A program made the translations under genes and the position numbers. Below are positions 14,056 through 27,461 of a stretch of DNA of 64,000 bases, in pieces (the stretch's first letter is position 1; every line of letters begins with the position of its first letter). Below the pieces are notes generated by a model, which did no database searches, was not told the DNA's origin, and was given only the letters and a program-made list of their open reading frames with translations. The DNA comes from Octopus vulgaris (lineage: Eukaryota): the NCBI GenBank assembly GCA_951406725.2, contig OX597840.1, positions 36,146,001 through 36,210,000 of the forward strand. Reading direction: 5' to 3'.

Positions 14056-14690
14056 GTATGTACATACGGGGGGCATTGGGTGCTTAACAAACGCAAATCT
14101 GAAGTCGCAATAAATTGAACTTCTTTTCATTTAGAACTTAGGGATCTGCAAATGTGGGTATCTTAGAGATGCTTAAAGTGTTTGTTGTAGCTGTAATTGT
14201 CGCACACACACAAACGAATAAAAACACAGTCGCTCACACACACTTACACACACAAATAAAAACATTCACACAAACACAAACACTGAAATGAAAATACCAA
14301 CACACACTTTCACACTCACACAAATAAAAACCGTCCCACGCACACAAACACTGAATAAAAATTCTCACACACACACACACACATACGCACAAATACCCAC
14401 ACAGAAATGAAAATACACAGCTACATATTCACACAAACACGCGGACAAACACTCGAGCATGCGCGCACGCATACAGATGCAAAGTTTCTTAATTAAATGG
14501 AAAAAACTCCCGTACCATCCCTTAGAGTCTCCAAGACACGAGGAAAACGCTATTCATCAATCAAGGGAGGTAACTCTTTTCAAGTAAGATATTGGCGGGA
14601 GTTACTTTCGTTGGTTTGATATTAATTTTTATGTTTAAGTTCTTTCCACTTAAATGCATTTTTGCCAAGAAGCAAATATAACTGAGTTTT

Positions 14691-14742
<52 letters not shown>

Positions 14743-14804
14743 ACTATGTGCTTCTATATACATGTATGTAGGTATATATATATCAATATATATATATATT
14801 GATA

Positions 14805-15200
14805 GGCGTAGGAGTGGCCGTGTGATAAACAGTTTGCTTACGAATCGCAATGTGCTGGGTTCAGTCCCACAGTGTGGCACCTTCGACAAGTGTATTCAAA
14901 TATAGCCTCGGGCCAAGCAAATACTTCTGAGTCGAGTTGGTAGACGGAAACTGAAAGAAGACTGTCGTATATATGTTTATATATATGTGTGTGTGTATGT
15001 TTGTGGGTTTGTGTCTGTGTTTGTCCTCAAACATTGCTTCACAACTGATGCTAGTCTGTTTACGTCCCCGTAACTAAGAGGTTCAGCGAAAGAGACCGAT
15101 AGAATAAGTACTAGGCCTACAAAGAATAAGTCCTGGGGTCGATATGTTCGACTAAAGTTGGTGCTCCAGCATGGCCACAATCAAATGACTGAAACAAGTA
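14805..15200 (+). mobile_element. Full tRNA-SINE: head, internal microsatellite and 3' module
   Basis: Head ggcgtaggagtggccgtg...gggttcagtcccac. 3' module cgtccccgtaact...ggtgctccagcatggcc...gactgaaacaagtaaa. Confidence 0.8.
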
Positions 15201-16357
15201 AATGAGAATAAAAGAGTAAATAGCGACAAAAGTCTACGAAGCCTGTAACAAGTTAACTTCTATAGTCATAAATATTCTACTCCCGAGAGATCTCAGAATG
15301 AGACCAATTACGGCCGATCCAGGTATGTAGATACGGGGGAGGCATTGGGTGCTTGGCACTCGCAGTTATAATCTCAGCCCCCTCCACGCCAGTATGAGAA
15401 GTTGTTTTATCCACTTGTGAAATTAATACATTGTCGCCATATGGGAAAAATATGAGCAATATCTGAAGTCACTAAAGGTGTAATAAATTGAACTTATTTT
15501 GATTTAGTAGTTAGTGATCTCAAATGTGGGTATCTTAGAAATGGTCAAAGTGTTTGTTGTAGTTGTAAGTGTCGCACACACACAAACAAATAGAAACACT
15601 CAGTCGCTCACACACTCGCACACACAAACAAATAGTAACACTCAGTTGCTCACACACTCGTGCACACAGAAATAAAAACACTCACACACACACACTGAAA
15701 TGAAAATACCCGCACTCACATAAATAAAAACAGTCCCACACACACAAGGAGCCCCAATAGGTATATCAAAAAAGTTTCTAGTATCTTTCTTAGCCCATAA
15801 TTTATGATAATTGAAGTTCTTACAATAAATAAATACCTACTAATTCAGTACATCGAACATTACGCCCCAGTAACTTATCGGATCTGCAAAAGAGACCTAT
15901 ACGTTAAGAAATAGGCATACAAAGAATAATTCCTGGGTTTGATTTGCTTGACTAAAGGCGGTGCTCCACCATCGTCACAGTGAAATAACTGAAAGTGTAT
16001 GTTACGAGAACTACGTACTTAACGGAGATAACTACAAAGTATCTTCTACAGTTACTTCTCTTGAATATTATATTGTAACAATAATAGAATAATATGCAAG
16101 AGAAATTAACTCTCGGAAGGGAGACAACTAGATAACATCTTCCAGAGTTACTTTCCTTACATAAAATTATATTACTTTTATTAAATTATAATGTGCAGAG
16201 GGAAATAACTCTCGAAAATATTATTCAGACATGACAGACTTTTACGATTTTTTGGAGTTCAACTGCCATCTCTAGTGAGTCGGATGTCCCATTATGGCCA
16301 TCCCTTATATGTTTAAATATTTATATGTATATACATATATCTGTCAATATATACCTG

Positions 16358-16406
<49 letters not shown>

Positions 16407-17567
16407 ATCTCTATACCACGGGCTACTTTCTGTTTCCGTGTACCAAATCTACTCAGAAACGTTGGTCTGTCTGAGGCTATATTGGAAGACATTTGCCCAT
16501 GGGGCCACGTAGTTGGACTGAACCAGAAACACCGTATTTGGAAAGCAAGCTACATAGCCACTCTTACTGCTACATATATATATATATACACACGACAGTC
16601 TTCTTTTAGTTTCCATCTCCCAAATCCACTCACAAGGCTTGGGTCGGCCCGAGACTATAGTAGAAGACATTTGCCCAACATGCCACCCAGTGGGACTGAA
16701 CTCGAAAACATTTGTTAGTTAAGCAAGCTAATTCCCATTCAGACACTACTGTTTGTTAACCGGACAAGTTCAAGGTGAGCCCTAATTGTTTGTATGCAAA
16801 TGAGTTCATTAATGTGATCCGGAACTTTCACGGCTGGTTCTTATGAGACGATGCAACCAGCTTGGGTATAGGTGGACTGTGCTCACACACGCACAAACAC
16901 TCACACGTCCGCACTCACGAATATAGATACATGCAAAGACGCAATCTCGTACCTATTTATGTTTTAAATATGTTGACCTTAAAACTCCGACATTCTGGAA
17001 ACACACGTCCGCACCCAGGCACATAGAGACATGCATATACGCAAACTCGTAGCTAGGAATTTAATTAGATGTAAGGGAAGTAACTCTGGAAGATTTTGGA
17101 GTTATCGTCCTTCGCAAGTGACTTACCTTGCATATTATATAATTTAATAATTAATAATATGCAAGGGGAGTAACTCTAGAAAGGGAGATAACTAAGAAAA
17201 ATATTCAAAAGTTACCTCCCTTACATTAAACTACATAACGACAATTGTCAAAACGTATTATGGAAGCTAATTAACTCTACAATATAATGTTCAGAAGTAA
17301 CGCATACACTTTTACTGTTTTCCTTGTTTAGTCATTTCACTGTGCCAATGCTGGAGCACAGCTTTTCTAGAGCAAATCGACACTAGGACTTTTATCTACG
17401 TCAGTCTAGTATTAATTCTGTTGGTCTGCTTTTCCCAAACGGATAAGTTAACAGTGTGAAAAACATCGGCATTGGTTGTCAGGCGGTTTTGGGGACACCG
17501 AAACATACACACATATACATATCTATATGTATATACATGTTTCTCTCTATATATATATTGCAGAAAA

Positions 17568-19372
17568 AATACTGCTGTCTTTAGTGTTCCCACTGATATT
17601 GACGTAAGAGAAGCGAACGAAGTTGACTCCCAACACAAAATTGCAGACATAACCTTCACTCCCACTTACATCGTAGCAGCAACAAATGAGGTCAAATACT
17701 ACTCTGCTGTAGGCCCTGATAGATTCCCCGCTATTCTCCTGAAGGAATGTAAACACCAACTTGCAGTCCCACTGACCAACCTCTGGAGAAATTGGTTAGA
17801 TGCAGGTTATATACCAAAACAGTTTCTATCCCAGTCGGTCATCCCAGTTTTCAAACAGGGAAACAGATCCCTCGCACTCAACTATCGCCCAATCTCACTC
17901 ACCTCCCACATCATCAAAGTGTTTCAAAGAGTGTTAAGATCAAGGATGGCTCACGTCCTGGAGACCCACAAACTCCTAAATGCAAATCAGCATGGCTTTC
18001 GCTGTGGCAGGGACTGTCTAACACAGCTCTTACAACACATTGAAGATGTACTCAAAGCCTTGGGAACAGGTTCGAACTCTGATGTCATATATCTTGACTT
18101 CAGTAAAGCGTTCGACAGGGTAGACCATAATATCCTACTCTCAAAATTGGCAAATGTTGGAAGACGTGGAAAAGTTCTACACTGGATCAAGTATTTCCTG
18201 GCGAATAGAACACAACATGTTGTAGTTGATGGAGTCCACTCAAGCCCAGCAAAAGTCACCAGCGGTGTCCCCCAGGGGATTGTCTTGGGTCCGCTACTCT
18301 TCATAATCTACATAAACGACCTTTCCAATGTCGTACATTACTGCAAAGTGAAAATATTTGCTGATGACACCAAGCTCCAGCAAATCGTCAATGAAGAAGC
18401 AGACCGAACTCAACTCCAGTCTGATCTATATGCTGTGAGTCAATGGGCAGACAGAAACAAAATGCAACTGAACGAGGGAAAATTTGAGCTGATGCATTTT
18501 GGAAGAAACTCCTCACTAAAACAGCCATACTCTCTTCCTTCAGGGGAACCGCTCACAGCCTCTAACAATATCAGAGACCTGGGTGTAATTGTTGATGACG
18601 ATCTCAGTTGGAGTGCACACATCAACAAGAAGGTCGATATAGCTCGTAGGATGAGTTCCTGGATCTTAAGAACTTTCCGGTCCAGAGAACAAGGTGTCAT
18701 CATACCACTTTTTTCCTCCTTTGTACGGCCACACCTTCAATACTGCTGCCCACTGTGGTCTCCTCACACAAGACAAAACATCTCCAGAATTGAGTCACCC
18801 CAGAGGGCTCTCACTAAACGAATTGAAGGCATGGCTGCTCTCGATTATTGGGATCGCCGTAAAGCCTTGAAACTTTACTCCCTCCAGCGTCGCCGTGAGC
18901 GGTACATCATTTGTACGATGTGGAAAATATACCGCCAACTATGCCCAAACGACCTAAACATTAGCTTCAAGGTTCATCCAAAACTTGGACCACGGGCTAT
19001 ACGTCCCCTGCCCAATTCAAGATGACAACATACATGTACACTGCAACATAATTTCTTTTCCTCAACAAGCCCTGCCCTATTTAACATTGTCCCGAAAGAG
19101 ATCAAAGAGGAAAAGGATCCCATCAACTTTAAGCGGAGTCTGGATAGATTCCTTCAAAGAATACCAGATAAGCCACCCATAATAGGATACAACTGACCCA
19201 ACAAGAACTCAGTACTTGAACAAAACTGGATACAACTCACCCAACAAGAACTCACTACTTGAACAAAACTTGACTTAAACAGGATTCGAATAATCCTATT
19301 AAATGGTGCTATTAAGTTAGACATAGCCTGGACTAATCTTTGGTCGAAACATATCTAAGTTTTTCTAAGTTT
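17568..19372 (+). mobile_element. CR1/Jockey-group LINE, 5'-truncated copy with an uninterrupted RT ORF
   Basis: ORF 17472..19025 carries all RT motifs (NYRPISLTS, QHGF, LDFSKAFD, GVPQG, FADD). Very similar to 5737-7480, with the same ctaagttt tail. Confidence 0.92.
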
Positions 19373-19858
19373 ATATATATGTGATATATCTTTATAAATA
19401 TATATATATATATATATATATACCAATCTATCTTATTCGAGCACATCGTCAGCAGCACTTATTCTTTCTAAGCCTAGTATTTATTCTAACTTATTCTTTT
19501 CTGCCGAGCCGCTCAAATACAGGGAGGAAAACACACCAGCATCGTTTGAAAAATCTACTATAGCCCCGAGCCGACCAAAGCCTTGTGATTGGATATGGTG
19601 GAAGGAAACTAGAAAAATGCAGTCATATATATGTTTATATATATGTGTACGTGTGTATGTGTGTGTGCGTATGTCTGTTTGTCCCCAAACAATGCTACAC
19701 AACGGACGCTAGTCTGTCTACGTCCCCAGCAGAAAATATCTCCTAGAGTTACTTCCCTAACGTCATATAATACGTTTCATGTAATATCTGTAATAAAGTA
19801 ATAATGACATAATCAAGTTTCTTTTTTGTTTTATATAGTATATATGCGTATATATCTG

Positions 19859-19903
<45 letters not shown>

Positions 19904-21797
19904 CTGGAGCGCCGCCTTTAGTCGATCACATCGTCCGCAGCACTTCTTTGTAAGCCTAGTATTTATTCTAACTTGTTCTCTTTTGCCGAACCGCTAAAAT
20001 ACAGGGAGTAAAATACACCTGTGTCGGTAAAAACATCAACAGCTACAGTCGTTCGAAGGTAATGACCAAACTGTCTACTCTTATCCACAAGTTCCAACAC
20101 GATTTAACAAAAAAGGAGACAAATTGCTTGACTAGATTTCAATGCAAAGCCAGTAACATCTATGAACTTCCCAAAATCTAAATAAGTTAAGCCATAAACA
20201 AAACCTGTAACAAGTTAACTTCTATAGTTATAAATATTCCACACCCGAGAGATCTCTGAATGAGGCCAATTATGGCCAATCCAGGTATGTAGATACGGGA
20301 GGCATTGCGTGCTTAACACTCGCAAATCTGAAGTCACTAAAGGTGCAATAAATTTAACTTCTTTTCATTTAGAACTTAGGGATCTGCAAATGTGGGTATC
20401 TTGGAGATGCTTAAACTGTTTGTTGTAGCTGTAATTGTCGCACACACACAAACGAATAAAAACACAGTCGCTCACACACACGTACACACAAAAATAAAAA
20501 CATTCACACAAACACTGAAATGAAAATACCAACACACACACACACATATAAAAAGTCCCACTCACAAAAACACTCACATACGCACAAAGACAAACACACA
20601 AATGAAAATACACAGCTACATATTCACACACTCAAACACGCGGAGAAACACAGAAATGAAGACAGTTACATACCTACACATGCACAAACACAGACACACA
20701 AATAGAAATGAAAAATACAGTTACACATCCAAACTCTCACACACTCACATACGCACAAACACACACTCACACACACAAACATACGCACCCACACACAGAA
20801 ACGAAAACGCAGTTACACACTCACACATAAAACCCTAACCCTAAATAGCACAAACATACAATTTATTCAGAATGTAAAGGGGCATTGGGTGCATTGAACT
20901 CGCAGTTAGAATATCAGCCCCCTCCACGCCAGTATGAGAATTTCTTTTATCCACTTGTGAAATTAATACACTGTCGACACATGACAAAAATATGAGCAAC
21001 ATCTCAAGTCACTAAAGGTGCAATAAATTGAACTTATTTGTATTTAGTAGTTAGTGATCTCAAATGTGGGTATCTTAGAAATGGTCAAAGTGTTTGTTGT
21101 ATTTGTGTCGCACACACAGAAATAAAAACACTCACACACACACACAAACACTGAAATGAAAATACCCGCACTCACATAAATAAAAACAGTCCCACACACA
21201 CAAGGAGCCCCAATAAATATATCAAAAAAGTTTCTAGTATTTTTCCTAGCCCATAATTTATGATAATTGAAGTTCTTACAGTAAATAAATACCTACTAAA
21301 TCAGTACATCGAACATTACGTCCCCGTAACTTAGCGGTTCTGCAAAAGAGACCTATACGTTAAGTAATAGGCATACAAAGAATAATTGCTGGGGTTGATT
21401 TGCTTGACTAAAGGCGGTGCTCCACCATGGTCACAGTGAAATAACTGAAAGAGTCTAAGAGCGAGAAAGTCTATATTACGATAACTACATACTTAAGGGA
21501 GATAACTACACAGTATCTTCTACAGTTACTTCCCTTGAATATTATAATTCTCGCGGAAGGGAGACCACTAGATAACATCTCTCAGAGTTACTTTCCTTAC
21601 ATATAATTATATTAATTTTATTAAATTATAATGTGCAGAGGGAAATATCTCTCGAAAATATTATTCAGACATGACATGCACTTTTACGCTTTTTTGGAGT
21701 TTAACTGCTCTCTCTAGTGAGTCAGATGTCCCATTATGGCCATCCCTTATATGTTTAAATATCTATATGTATATACATATATCTGTCAATATATACC

Positions 21798-21872
<75 letters not shown>

Positions 21873-22732
21873 ATATTTCGGAATGGTCATATCTATTATA
21901 CCACGGGCTACTTTCTGTTTCCGTGTACCAAATCTACTCAGAAACGTTGGTCTGTCCGAGGCTATATTGGAAGACACTTGCCCATGGGGCCACGTAGTTG
22001 GACTGAACCAGAATCACCGCGTTTGGAAAGCAAGCTACATACCACAGCCACTCTTACTGCTACATATATATATATATATATATACGACAGTCTTCTTTTA
22101 GTTTCCGTCTCCCAAATCCACTCACAAGGCTTGGGTCGGCCCGAGACTATAGTAGAAGACATTTGCCCAACATGCCACCCAGTGGGACTGAACTCGGAAA
22201 CATTTGTTAGGTAAGCAAGCTAATTCCCATTCAGACACTACTGTTTGTTAACCGGACAAGTTCAAGGTGAGCCCTAATTGTTTGTATGCAAATGAGTTCA
22301 TTAATGGGGTCCGGAACTTTCACGGCTGGTTCCCATGAGACAATGCAACCACCTTGCGTATAGGTGGACTGTGCTCACACACGCACAAACACCCACAAGT
22401 CCGCACTCACGAATATAGATACATGCAAAGACGCAATCTCGTACCTATTTATGTTTTAAATATGTTGACCTTAAAACTGTGACATTCTGAAAACACACGT
22501 TCGCACTCATGCACATAGAGACATGCATATACGCAAACTCGTAGCTATTTATGTTTTAAACATGTTGACCTTTGAACCGTGACATTCTGTGTCTGGTTGT
22601 GCGCGCATTTCTGTGAGAATGATTGCTCACGAACCGTAAATTTGGGAGTCAATCCGACAGGGATGTAGTGGCCTTTAAACCGTTCGAGACAAACAAACAA
22701 ACAAACTTTTCGCATTTCAGTTTTATAAGTAG

Positions 22733-22782
<50 letters not shown>

Positions 22783-22787
22783 TGCTA

Positions 22788-22952
22788 GGCGTAGGAGCGG
22801 CTTTGTGATAAGTAGCTTGCTTACGAACCGCAGTGTTCTGGGTTCAGTCCCACTGCATGGAACCTTGGACAAGTGTCTTCAACTATAGCCTCGGGGTGAC
22901 CAAAGCCTTGTGAATAGATTTTGTAGACGGAAACTAAAAGAAGCCCATCGTA

Positions 22953-22994
<42 letters not shown>

Positions 22995-23175
22995 CATACA
23001 TATACGTTTGTATGCCTCTTTATCCATCGAACATCGCTTGACAAACGATGCTGCTGTTTTCACGCACCCGTAACTGAACGGTTCAGTAAAAGAGAATAGG
23101 TCCTGGGCTCTATTTGTTTGACTGAAGGCGGTGCTCCAACATGGCCGCAGTCAAATAACTGAAAGTAGCAAAAGT
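22788..23175 (+). mobile_element. Full tRNA-SINE
   Basis: Same head / microsatellite / 3' module layout as 14805-15200. Confidence 0.8.
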
Positions 23176-23279
23176 GAGTGAAAGAGTAATTAGCGAAAAC
23201 AGTGTATATTCTGTTGTGTCTGGGGAGAGTCTTTCTCTTTTAGTGCCTTATTATTAAATACACACTCACCAGTAAAAAT

Positions 23280-23720
23280 TCAAGGAGTGATATTAGTAGA
23301 GACCACAGCCCATGGAGAACTAGCCCTTAGATTTAGAAAAGCTCTGACAGAGACCAAACTCAACATTAAAATTGTTGAAAAGCCAAGGAACTCCATCAGG
23401 TCACAATTATGAAGGACATGCCCGTTTAAGAATACCATATGCACAATTGATAACTGCATGACATGTAGAATTAGCCCTGGTATTAACTGTAGAACTCGAA
23501 GTGTAGTTTACAATATAAGATGCATAGAAGGTGCTTGTAAGGACATGAACATGATGTACATAGAGGAGATGTCTAAGAGCATTGCGGAACGGATAAATGA
23601 ACATCTAAGACAACTTGACGACAGAAAACAGTCTTCTATACTCTACCAACATGCCAAAGACCACCATGGAGATAACTTAGGTCAACTTGACATCCGCATC
23701 TTATCTAAGCACCCAGCCCT
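23280..23720 (+). mobile_element. Penelope-like GIY-YIG endonuclease fragment
   Basis: ORF 23458..23742: CRTRSVVYNIRC...YIEEMSKSIAERINEH...LYQH, a degenerate VY-YIG-ER-EH pattern. Confidence 0.7.
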
Positions 23721-24599
23721 CATCCCTGCTTTTCAATGCTAAACCCGATATAAAACAGTCATCAACACTATAAATAAACCTGTTCAATCTCTACCCTCCT
23801 CATCACCCCAAATCCTAACCCCTAGTTCAAACTTTGATCTCTTACTTGACTATTCTCTCTAAAAACCCTTCACAAATCCTCAAGCTGACCCTAATATAGA
23901 CTAAACTCTGAAAAACAATCCTAACAGCAAACCCACACCAAAATAAGAAAAACCACTTACCTTTGGCCATTTGGGATCTATAATACAAGGCATGATATGC
24001 AAACAACAAGCAAAATATCAACCAACACTTGAAAGTCAAGTTTTATCTATGTGTCGAATCATGAAATACACTTGTTTAATAAATACAGTTGTCCTTACAT
24101 TTACACAGTACATTGCTTCCACAAGTCATCAAACTAATCATTCTCATGCGAAATCAATTGTTTTTATTTATAAATAGAAACAAATTAATTATTGAAATTA
24201 ATATAAGAAATACAATTAACGTGTATGTGTGTCATCATCATTTAACATTCGTTTTTCATGTTGTCATGGGTTGGACTATTTCACACTATCTGAGATGAAT
24301 TACTACACGTATATCTAATGTCTGTTTTCACATGGTTTCTATGTCTGAGAAAAGTTTTGGTAACACCGACACTAGTAAAATTAAAAAGTAAATTTCAAGG
24401 ATTAGTGGACTGCTAGTAGTGAGAGAGGTGGCTTCATCCTAACCTGTAGTATGATAGAGAGACAGGCAGAGGTGTGTCGCTGAAGAGAAACTACATGGCC
24501 ACCCTGCATATATGTATGTATATAGGTAGACATCGATTAGAGCGCTTTCTCATTGCTAATATGTTAACATATGCTTGATGTATGCTTTAAAAATAAAGT

Positions 24600-24800
24600 G
24601 CTTGCACTGGCACTAATTTCTTCAGATGATGAAAATCACGGAGAGGATCATAGCCCAACTAGTTAGGAAAAGACTTAATCTAGATGAGATGCAATTTGGT
24701 TTTGTATCAGGAAGAAACACCAGTCATGATATATTTCTGGTATGAAACCCCAGGAGAAGTACCTAACCAAGTATAAACCTATGTACTTGACTTTTGTTGG
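24600..24800 (+). mobile_element. RTE RT fragment
   Basis: Translates as LDEMQFGFVSGRNTSHDIFLV..QEKYLTK. Confidence 0.65.
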
Positions 24801-24859
24801 TATCATAATCATTCAGGTAATAACAGATGAATATAAAACAGGCAGACCCTAGCAACTCC

Positions 24860-25876
24860 TCTATGCTGATTATGTGCATCTTTGGCAGCCCTATACAATA
24901 CTTTATTCCCATCCATCCCGGCAAGTACAAGCTACATTCCACATGGCATGAAACTACGACTTATTGAAAAGAAGACCTGCGTAAACACAACATGAGTGCT
25001 ACTGAACGGTTGTCAAAACACACATGCTCACTTCTTTCGAACTATGTCCTAATCCAGAGCCAAGTTTGACCCAATCCTACAAATGGGGGGAAAACTGGTG
25101 CCATTTAGATGTACGTCATTTCGATCTGTACATGTTGAGAGTGGATGGATCAGGCTAAGTCACACTGTGCAACAAAATTCCTCTGGAAGTATCTACTGCT
25201 TCTTCCCCATGGCCCACTGCTCATGGTGTCTGGACCACATGCGTTCCCTACGCCAACACCAGTAATGAGACTACCTTCTCAACCGACTTTAACAGCACCT
25301 CATGCAGCTGCAACACCAATGCCCACTTCCCGACTCCAAAATTACCATGACCAGAAATGCATCTCACCGCCTACCCACAGAGCCACGCCAACTTACCCCA
25401 CCTTTACCACAAGTGGTCATACCCCAACACCCCTTGAAACCCCTGCTTTCCAAAAGTGACCCTTGCCTGATGCAGTTTATCCTCCATCCAGCAATTGTCC
25501 TGTTTGTCGCTCTGCCAGACTCACAAAGACTGAACAAAAGCCTGATGCATAACTGACACGTTGCTCCTTGATCGTCACACCGTCAATATTGATTAAGGGT
25601 CTCTTGCACTAATTATTATTTTCGTTAATCATTTAATACATATTATTAGTCTTCTTTGCTTCTCTCAAAGGAATTGGGGAGGGCATAGAGGATGACAACT
25701 GAACACTCATATATTATCATTTATTACATTACATTCAATTACCCATACATTATTAGTTTCATTATCCAAATATTTTCCTTCACGTTTCATGTATACCGAG
25801 GACCTTTTTTTTCATTGCTTCAATCAGTGTACATAAAGTGTTTGTGAAAGCAAAGAGTTTTCACACTTATTTACTA
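24860..25876 (+). mobile_element. Ty3/Gypsy integrase C-terminal remnant, polypurine tract and putative 3' LTR
   Basis: Decayed FIPIHPGKYK.H.TW, GKTG, HFD.YM.RVDGSG.VTL.N. Purine tract aaaggaattggggaggg at ~25667-25683, followed by an AT-rich LTR-like segment that recurs at ~37000-37200. Confidence 0.6.
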
Positions 25877-26525
25877 ATGAGCTTCTTCTTATAGCTAAAT
25901 CACTACCAGAACTAGAAAACAAATTGTGCGTACGGAAGAAAGGTCTAGAATTGAAAGGTCACAGAATTAACCTACCCAACCATAACCCAAAGTCTTAGTA
26001 AGTAGGAAAACAGATAAATCGTAAAGCCCTTCAGGTACATGGCCATCCTCAATATGAAGGAAACAGGTAGGTAGATGTACTCTGTATAACACATAATAGG
26101 TGTAGCAATATCAGAGGAAGGTAAACTGGGAAAATATTTTTTGCATGTGGAAGGTGCACATGTACAGTAAACAATAAAAGTGTACAGAAAATGGGCTTCA
26201 TCAAATACCAGAGGAGTACGATAAAGATTGTTGAGCAACAAAGTCAGTAGCAGAGGTGGATGAACCAAGAGTGTGGCTGCAAGAATAAAAATAGGCTGAG
26301 CAAATTCAGAGAGCTCCTTCCTCTGTTTGGTAACTAAGGTTCTCTCCTTCAGAGTGAAAGCCATATTTATTATACCTGTGCAGACAACTATGCTACATGG
26401 CAGAAGAAGTAGACATAAGAAGGCATTGGACAAGGTGGTAATGCATGATCTTTGACTGTTGAAACTTATAAAGGCAATGACTAATGACCGACACCTTTCA
26501 TGACATGCCGTGCCTTAGAAGACAA
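25876..26525 (+). mobile_element. RTE RT C-terminal fragment (decayed)
   Basis: Homologous to the RTE at 3188-4281 (SLPELE, AARIKIG.A.F.EL, TMLHG, KAL.KVV). Confidence 0.65.
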
Positions 26526-27461
26526 TATACTGTAATTAATTTTTTTCACAACCCCTGCCCACAACACTTATGGAGTGCTTGATGTTAAGAAGAACATCCA
26601 GCCATACAAACAATGACAAATCAGACTGGAGTCTGCTGCAGACCCTCAGCTTACCAGCCCTGATGAAACTGTCCAACACATGCCAGCATAGATAATGGAC
26701 ATTAAATGATGATGATGATGATGACAATTCTTTTTGTAAAACTTTTGCATTTTATGCTGAACATCTAGTTTAAAGTTAATTTTATACATTGAATTTTCAT
26801 TTCCAGTGAAATCAATTTTAATATTTCAAATTCAAAAATATTTAACAAAATATTATGAGAAACTGAAGCAGGTACTACTTCTATATTTGTAAAAACAAAA
26901 ACAAAAAGAAACAAATAGAGGAAATTGAGCAAAATTGTGCTAAAGTGAAAGTAAGAAACAGAATACTGTGTAAGGCAAGAGACAACTGTATTTTATGAAA
27001 GTACCATATTGCATAAACACAAAAAAAAGAAACTATTGCAGAGGGAATTAAACTGAAACAGATATCAACATGATACACACAACCCATGCTAGTATGGATA
27101 AAATGATTAGATACTTCTGTCTAGAGAAAATTCAATGACAATCTTATGCAACCAACAATAACCTCAAATTTATCAGATTATTGTAGATGAGCAACAACTC
27201 AAGAAAACCTGTCGAAATTCTATGTTCTTACAATGAATTAATTGCAAATATTTAAGTATGTAGACAACATAATTTCATGTTTTATATGCATCAATACATG
27301 TGTAAAAATAAGTCTCATACCTACGTTCATTTTTCCATCCTAGCATGAGTTTGAAAAATATAAGATTTAATAGTTGGGTAACATTGTCGTAGCTAATGCT
27401 AATTTTCTACTAAAGGTTTTCTTTTTCTTTCAAAGTGCAGTTGTAACAAATGATACATTTG

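Larger units (their letters stand above)
8355..22640. repeat. Segmental triplication, units at ~8355-11430, ~13670-17055 and ~19900-22640
   Basis: Shared anchors in the same order: caaaatctacaaaagtta (one copy variant) at ~8371/13943/20172; tctagtgagtc(a/g)gatgtcccattatggcc at ~10314/16271/21713; ccggacaagttcaaggtgagccc at ~11051/16760/22252. Confidence 0.9.

Noticed and set aside
14805-14880. tRNA genes at A/B-box motifs
   Set aside because: They are SINE heads: no full cloverleaf, and always followed by the SINE body.
17472-17567. N-terminus of the 517-aa ORF as a host gene start
   Set aside because: Read-through from SINE and microsatellite flank with a non-ATG start; the remainder is LINE RT.
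20832-20845. Telomeric (CCCTAA)n-like seeds, also near 12971 and 33431
   Set aside because: At most two units, embedded in repeats.
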